From the NCBI GenBank assembly GCA_038061225.1, contig JBBTZT010000005.1:19646-83645 (forward strand): 64,000 nt of DNA. The letters are read 5' to 3'. Origin of the DNA: Patescibacteria group bacterium. Its GTDB lineage: Bacteria; Patescibacteriota; Microgenomatia; UBA8517. The number at the start of each line of letters is the position of its first letter. Within the stretch, counting starts at the first letter, position 1. Both the position numbers and the translations under genes were made by a program. Under the pieces are notes generated by a model that was given only the letters and a program-made list of their open reading frames with translations, did no database searches and was not told where the DNA came from. This document shows positions 60,043-64,000 of this stretch, one piece after another.

Positions 60043-61116
60043 TTACAACATCCCTTTTGTAATTCTGATTTTGTTTAAAAGTGATAAATCGTCAAGTAAT
60101 TTTCCACAACCTCTAACTACACAAGTTAATGGATCTTCAGCAATATAAACTGGCATTTTAGTAGCATCTGCCACTGCTTTTTCTATTCCATGTATCATTG
60201 CACCACCACCTGCTAAATAAATTCCTTTTTTCATAATATCTGAGACAAGTTCTGGTGGAGTTTCTTCTAAAGTATCAGAAATACCTGTAATAATTTCATG
60301 TATTATTGGTCCTAAAGCCTCTCTTATTTCTCCATCAGTTAATTTAATAGACCTAGGAAGTCCATTTTCAAGATCTCTTCCACGAATTACAAAACTTTTT
60401 GGTTTGTCGTAATTTACTGCTGATCCAATAGCAATTTTTACAGCTTCTGCTGATGATTGACCCAGAAGAAGTGAATATTTTAATTTTACATAATTTATTA
60501 TGGCTTCATCCATTTCATCCCCAGCAATACGCAATGACCTACCTATTACAATTCCACCCAATGAAATTACAGCAATTTCTGAAGTTCCCCCACCAATATC
60601 TACTATAAAGTTACCCTCAGGATGGGAAACATCGAGCCCGGCTCCGATCGCGGCAGCCATTGGTTCTTCAATTAAATCTACTCTTCTTGCACCCGCGTCT
60701 AACGCGGCATCAGCCACAGCTCTTCTTTCAACTTCAGTAACACCTGATGGAATACCGACAATTACATGTGGTCTTGGAATACGTGGCATATTTCCACCAG
60801 TTTCATGAACTTTTTTAATATAGTGAGTTAATATTGAAGAAGCTGCATCAAAATCAGCAATAACTCCATCTCTAAGTGGTCTTATTACTTCAATTGTAGA
60901 AGGAGCTCTTCCAATCATTTTTTTAGCTGGAGCACCAATTGCCAATATCTCTTTTGTTTTTTTATTTCTAGCAACAGCAGAGGGTTCTCTAATTGCAACG
61001 CCTTTGCCTTTTATGTAAACAAGTGTATTTGAAGTTCCAAGATCAATCCCTAGATCAGTCGAAAAAAAACCAAGGATTAAATTAACCGGATTTGCTATAC
61101 TTTTAAATATCATCAT
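60043..61116 (-). CDS. mreB: Rod-shape determining protein MreB
   Basis: It is an actin-fold MreB with DLGTSNTLVYIKGKG. The start is probably MMIFKS, because the track's N-terminal 27 codons overlap the divergent gene. Confidence 0.85.
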   Translation of the reverse strand: MMIFKSIANPVNLILGFFSTDLGIDLGTSNTLVYIKGKGVAIREPSAVARNKKTKEILAIGAPAKKMIGRAPSTIEVIRPLRDGVIADFDAASSILTHYIKKVHETGGNMPRIPRPHVIVGIPSGVTEVERRAVADAALDAGARRVDLIEEPMAAAIGAGLDVSHPEGNFIVDIGGGTSEIAVISLGGIVIGRSLRIAGDEMDEAIINYVKLKYSLLLGQSSAEAVKIAIGSAVNYDKPKSFVIRGRDLENGLPRSIKLTDGEIREALGPIIHEIITGISDTLEETPPELVSDIMKKGIYLAGGGAMIHGIEKAVADATKMPVYIAEDPLTCVVRGCGKLLDDLSLLNKIRITKGML

Positions 61117-63052
61117 GATTCCAGTACTTTTTAACATATTATTTTTAATCTTACCACTTACCTTTTTCAAAACCACATCAGAACTCTTTGAATTCAATAA
61201 AGTTATAGTTCTTTATCTTTTTACAAGTTTGATTGTATCAGGATGGCTTATTGAGTCAATCAAACAAAGAAAATTTATATTTCGTCCCACTAAATTAGAT
61301 GTTCCCTTAGTCATCTATTTATCCATTTATTTGATCAGTACTTTATTTTCAATAGACCCTAGAACTTCGTGGCTTGGCTATTATTCCAGATTTAACGGCG
61401 GACTAATAACTCAAGTCTGCTATGTATTTCTTTACTGGGCTTTTGTCAGTAACCTCGACAAAAAGCAATCACTAAGTACTTTGTACTATGTACTGTCATC
61501 TACTGCAATAGCATCGTTATTAGCAGTTTTAGAGCATTTCGGTTTCTTTGCAACTTGTGGGATGATGAATTTTGGCTGGCGTGAATCATGCTGGGTACAA
61601 GATGTTCAAACAAGAGTTTTTAGTACATTAGGCCAGCCCAACTGGCTCGCCGCTTTACTAGTTGCACTAATACCATTTACTTGGAGAAAGTCATACAAGT
61701 ATTATTTATTGTCAATTTTGTTTTTTGTAACCTTATTATTTACAAAGTCTCGATCAGGATTATTAGCCTTTGGAATTGAAGCAATTATTTTTTGGGGATT
61801 TGTTTTTTGGCAAAGTAGATTTAAGTTTATAAAAGAATTTTTGATTTTATTTTTAAGTTCTATTATTTTATTTTTTGCTTTTAGTTCACCATTCACTAAT
61901 CACCAGTCGCCAACCGCTACTTCTGAGGGCCCTGCTCTTGAATCCGGCGGGACAGAAAGCAGTACTATCCGTAAATTCGTTTGGCTTGGAGCATTAGAGG
62001 TATTTAGACATTATCCAATTTTAGGAACTGGTCCTGAAACTTTTGCCTTTTCGTATCCAATGTTTAAACCAGTAGGACATAACTTAACTTCAGAATGGGA
62101 TTTTATATACAACAAGGCACATAATGAGTTTCTTAATATCTTGGCTAATGTCGGTTTACTTGGTTTCTTGTCATATATATCTATAATTATTTTTTCATTT
62201 TTGCAAATTACTAATTATTCTAAGTGCACTAATTTCAAAAATTATTTAGGTCAATTAGGTAAATTAGGTCAATTAGAAATTGGATTGCTTTCTGGTTATA
62301 TAGCAATTCTTGTTACAAACTTCTTTGGTTTTTCAATTGTTCCAGTTTCACTTCTTTTCTTTTTATTACCAGCAATTGCATTAGTAAGTAATAGTGATTA
62401 CAAAATTCATTTAAATAAAACGAGATTAAAAACATTTGAAAAACTTGCAATTCTTGGAGTTTTGCTTACTACATACTACATACTACATACTACATACAAT
62501 TATTGGAAAGCAGATATCAATTACAATATTGCTAGAAACTTAAACAGGTCAAATAAACCTGAGGAAGCAATAATAGAAATAAATAAAGCATTGCTAACTT
62601 CAGCAAATGAATCTATATATTTGTATGAATTGGCTTTAGCAGATACTAAAGTTGAAACTGCAAATAAAGCACTAAAATTAACCCCCTATAATCAAAATGT
62701 TAGAAAAATGCTAATTAATAATTTAGTTAAAAATGCAGACACAGATCCTAATAATTTAAAACTTGCCGAAAATGTTATTAAAGATGGCATTAAGTTGTCC
62801 CCTAATGACCCAAAACTTTATTATCAACAGGCAATATTACAATTAAAAATTGCAAAGAATAATGAGGCAGTCGCTAATTTACAAAAAACAATTGAATTAA
62901 AACCAAATTATAAAGAAGGAAGATATGCACTGGGGATGATATATAAATCTTTAAATAAAATTGAAGAGGCAAAAAAAGAATTTAAATATATCTTAAAAAA
63001 TATCGATCCAAATGATGAACTAACCCAAAAAAATCTAGAAGAATTAATGTAG
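61115..63052 (+). CDS. Polytopic membrane protein with O-antigen-ligase-like (Wzy_C) domain and C-terminal TPR repeats
   Basis: It has ~12 TM segments with a KSRSGLLAFG loop region, then TPR repeats (YYQQAILQL...NYKEGRYALGMIYKSL). The start is uncertain. Confidence 0.5.
   Translation: MIPVLFNILFLILPLTFFKTTSELFEFNKVIVLYLFTSLIVSGWLIESIKQRKFIFRPTKLDVPLVIYLSIYLISTLFSIDPRTSWLGYYSRFNGGLITQVCYVFLYWAFVSNLDKKQSLSTLYYVLSSTAIASLLAVLEHFGFFATCGMMNFGWRESCWVQDVQTRVFSTLGQPNWLAALLVALIPFTWRKSYKYYLLSILFFVTLLFTKSRSGLLAFGIEAIIFWGFVFWQSRFKFIKEFLILFLSSIILFFAFSSPFTNHQSPTATSEGPALESGGTESSTIRKFVWLGALEVFRHYPILGTGPETFAFSYPMFKPVGHNLTSEWDFIYNKAHNEFLNILANVGLLGFLSYISIIIFSFLQITNYSKCTNFKNYLGQLGKLGQLEIGLLSGYIAILVTNFFGFSIVPVSLLFFLLPAIALVSNSDYKIHLNKTRLKTFEKLAILGVLLTTYYILHTTYNYWKADINYNIARNLNRSNKPEEAIIEINKALLTSANESIYLYELALADTKVETANKALKLTPYNQNVRKMLINNLVKNADTDPNNLKLAENVIKDGIKLSPNDPKLYYQQAILQLKIAKNNEAVANLQKTIELKPNYKEGRYALGMIYKSLNKIEEAKKEFKYILKNIDPNDELTQKNLEELM
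62246..62281. repeat. 9-nt tandem repeat (ttaggtcaa x4, 1-3 mismatches) in-frame inside membrane protein gene
   Basis: It encodes LGQLGKLGQLEI. Confidence 0.6.
62467..62501. repeat. 7-nt tandem repeat (tactaca x4 perfect + 1 degenerate) in-frame inside membrane protein gene
   Basis: It encodes TTYYILHTTYN. Confidence 0.7.
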
Positions 63053-63077
63053 CCTCAATGATGATATAATTGACTAT

Positions 63078-63614
63078 ATGGTACAAAAAATAATTCAGTC
63101 TGGTGATCCAATATTAAGACGTGTTAGTAAACCAATTAAGTCAATAGATCGTAAAATCATAAGATTAATTCAAGATTTAAAAGATACTTTATCTGTTCAA
63201 AAAGATCCTGAAGGTGTTGGTCTAGCCGCACCACAAATTGGAAAAAATTTAAGGGTGTTTGCTGTGAACTTCAAAAATTTTAAGCGTATTGTAATTAATC
63301 CAGAAATAATTGAGGCAAAAGATTCAAGATCTAAGATCAAAGATCAAAGATCTACAAAATCGGAGATTTTGGAGGGTTGTCTTTCACTTCCCCATTACTA
63401 TGGTCCATTAAAAAGAGAGGGTTTAATAAAAATAAAATATTTAGATGAAAATGGAAAAGAAATAATAGAAGAATTTAAAGATTTTGATGCCCAAATAATA
63501 TTGCACGAAATTGATCATCTAAATGGATTTTTATTTATAGATAGATTATTAGAACAAAAAAAGAAACTTTATAAACTTGATGAAAAAGATGAGTGGGAGG
63601 AGGTGGAGATATAG
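63078..63614 (+). CDS. def: Peptide deformylase
   Basis: It has GVGLAAPQIG, EGCLSLP and HEIDHLNG motifs. Confidence 0.85.
   Translation: MVQKIIQSGDPILRRVSKPIKSIDRKIIRLIQDLKDTLSVQKDPEGVGLAAPQIGKNLRVFAVNFKNFKRIVINPEIIEAKDSRSKIKDQRSTKSEILEGCLSLPHYYGPLKREGLIKIKYLDENGKEIIEEFKDFDAQIILHEIDHLNGFLFIDRLLEQKKKLYKLDEKDEWEEVEI
63326..63353. repeat. 7-nt tandem repeat (aagatct/aagatca x4) in-frame inside def
   Basis: It encodes SKIKDQRS within an insertion relative to typical Def. Confidence 0.65.
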
Positions 63615-63658
63615 AATTAATCTAATTATTCTAATTTCTAATTAACCTAAACAAAACA

Positions 63659-64000
63659 ATGGAAAACAAAAAATTTGATCTTGAAGAAAGAACTGCTAAA
63701 TTTGGTGAATCAGTTATTGAATTTTGTTTAAAAATTCCAAAAAATGAGATTACTAGACCATTAATAACCCAGCTAGTTAAGGCTTCAACAAGTGTTGGTG
63801 CAAATTATTGCGAAGCAGATGATGCGGAAAGTGGTAAAGATTTTAAACACAAAATAGGCATTTGTAAAAAAGAAGCTCGTGAATCCAAACATTTCTTAAG
63901 AATGTTTGTTAAAACAAATCCAGAATTAATTGAAATTATTAGAAATTTATGGCAAGAAGCAAAAGAACTACACTTAATTTTCAATACAATTTATAAAAAA
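63659..64000 (+). CDS. Four-helix-bundle protein (23S rRNA intervening-sequence-protein family), 3' partial
   Basis: It has ...SVGANYCEADDAESGKDFKHKIGICKKEARESKHFLRM, the TIGR02436-type signature. It runs off the window end. Confidence 0.6.
   Translation, partial: MENKKFDLEERTAKFGESVIEFCLKIPKNEITRPLITQLVKASTSVGANYCEADDAESGKDFKHKIGICKKEARESKHFLRMFVKTNPELIEIIRNLWQEAKELHLIFNTIYKK

Noticed and set aside
63659-64000. Presence of a 23S rRNA intervening sequence because of the four-helix-bundle (IVS-protein family) gene
   Set aside because: No rRNA-like sequence flanks it within the window. This family also occurs free-standing.

Overview
This is an AT-rich, gene-dense window from a small-genome bacterium, most consistent with a Patescibacteria/CPR-like lineage. 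That placement is inferred from reduced housekeeping proteins (154-aa EF-Ts, 397-aa ProRS, 316-aa DnaX, a ~240-aa RF1 lacking domain 1). The genetic code looks standard: TGA terminates pilC, the SagB-type gene and the 409-aa gene, and the gyrA and gyrB ORFs are full length. The core content is pilB-pilT-pilC (type IV pilus motor and platform), holB-like, gyrB, H+-pyrophosphatase, malic enzyme, gyrA, xerC-like recombinase, yebC, a Kef-type antiporter, rluA, efp, tRNA-Leu(CAA), dnaB, rpmE, prfA-like, rpsF-ssb-rpsR, ychF, cysS, recR-ybaB-dnaX, ybeY, proS, rseP, frr-tsf-rpsB, ftcD halves, tmk, topA, dprA, PBP2, mreB and def. The most interesting region is the left 7.9 kb. It is an accessory block attached to the 3' end of pilC and bracketed by a ~60-bp direct duplication of the pilC 3' terminus, whose copies differ only at synonymous positions. 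The block carries five cargo genes: two unknown ~400-aa proteins, an APH-like kinase, a GDPD and a NUDIX hydrolase. Beyond the distal repeat copy lies a RiPP-like operon, in order: a Cys-rich precursor peptide with its own promoter and strong SD, a standalone YcaO, a SagB-type dehydrogenase, and a histidine phosphatase that runs off the window. Other oddities are listed here. An in-frame TAG separates the dnaX ATPase from its tau domain-V ORF. An RF1 gene lacks domain 1, overlaps rpmE and has an in-frame TGA just upstream of its start. There are many in-frame 7-nt (and 9-nt) tandem repeats inside housekeeping genes. A 5'-truncated LCP gene abuts xerC next to an 840-bp noncoding tract that holds a GC-rich hairpin. 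A HisRS catalytic-core-only paralog is present. A Cys-rich, (Thr-Ala)n-repeat surface protein ends in an IPVTG sorting-like motif.
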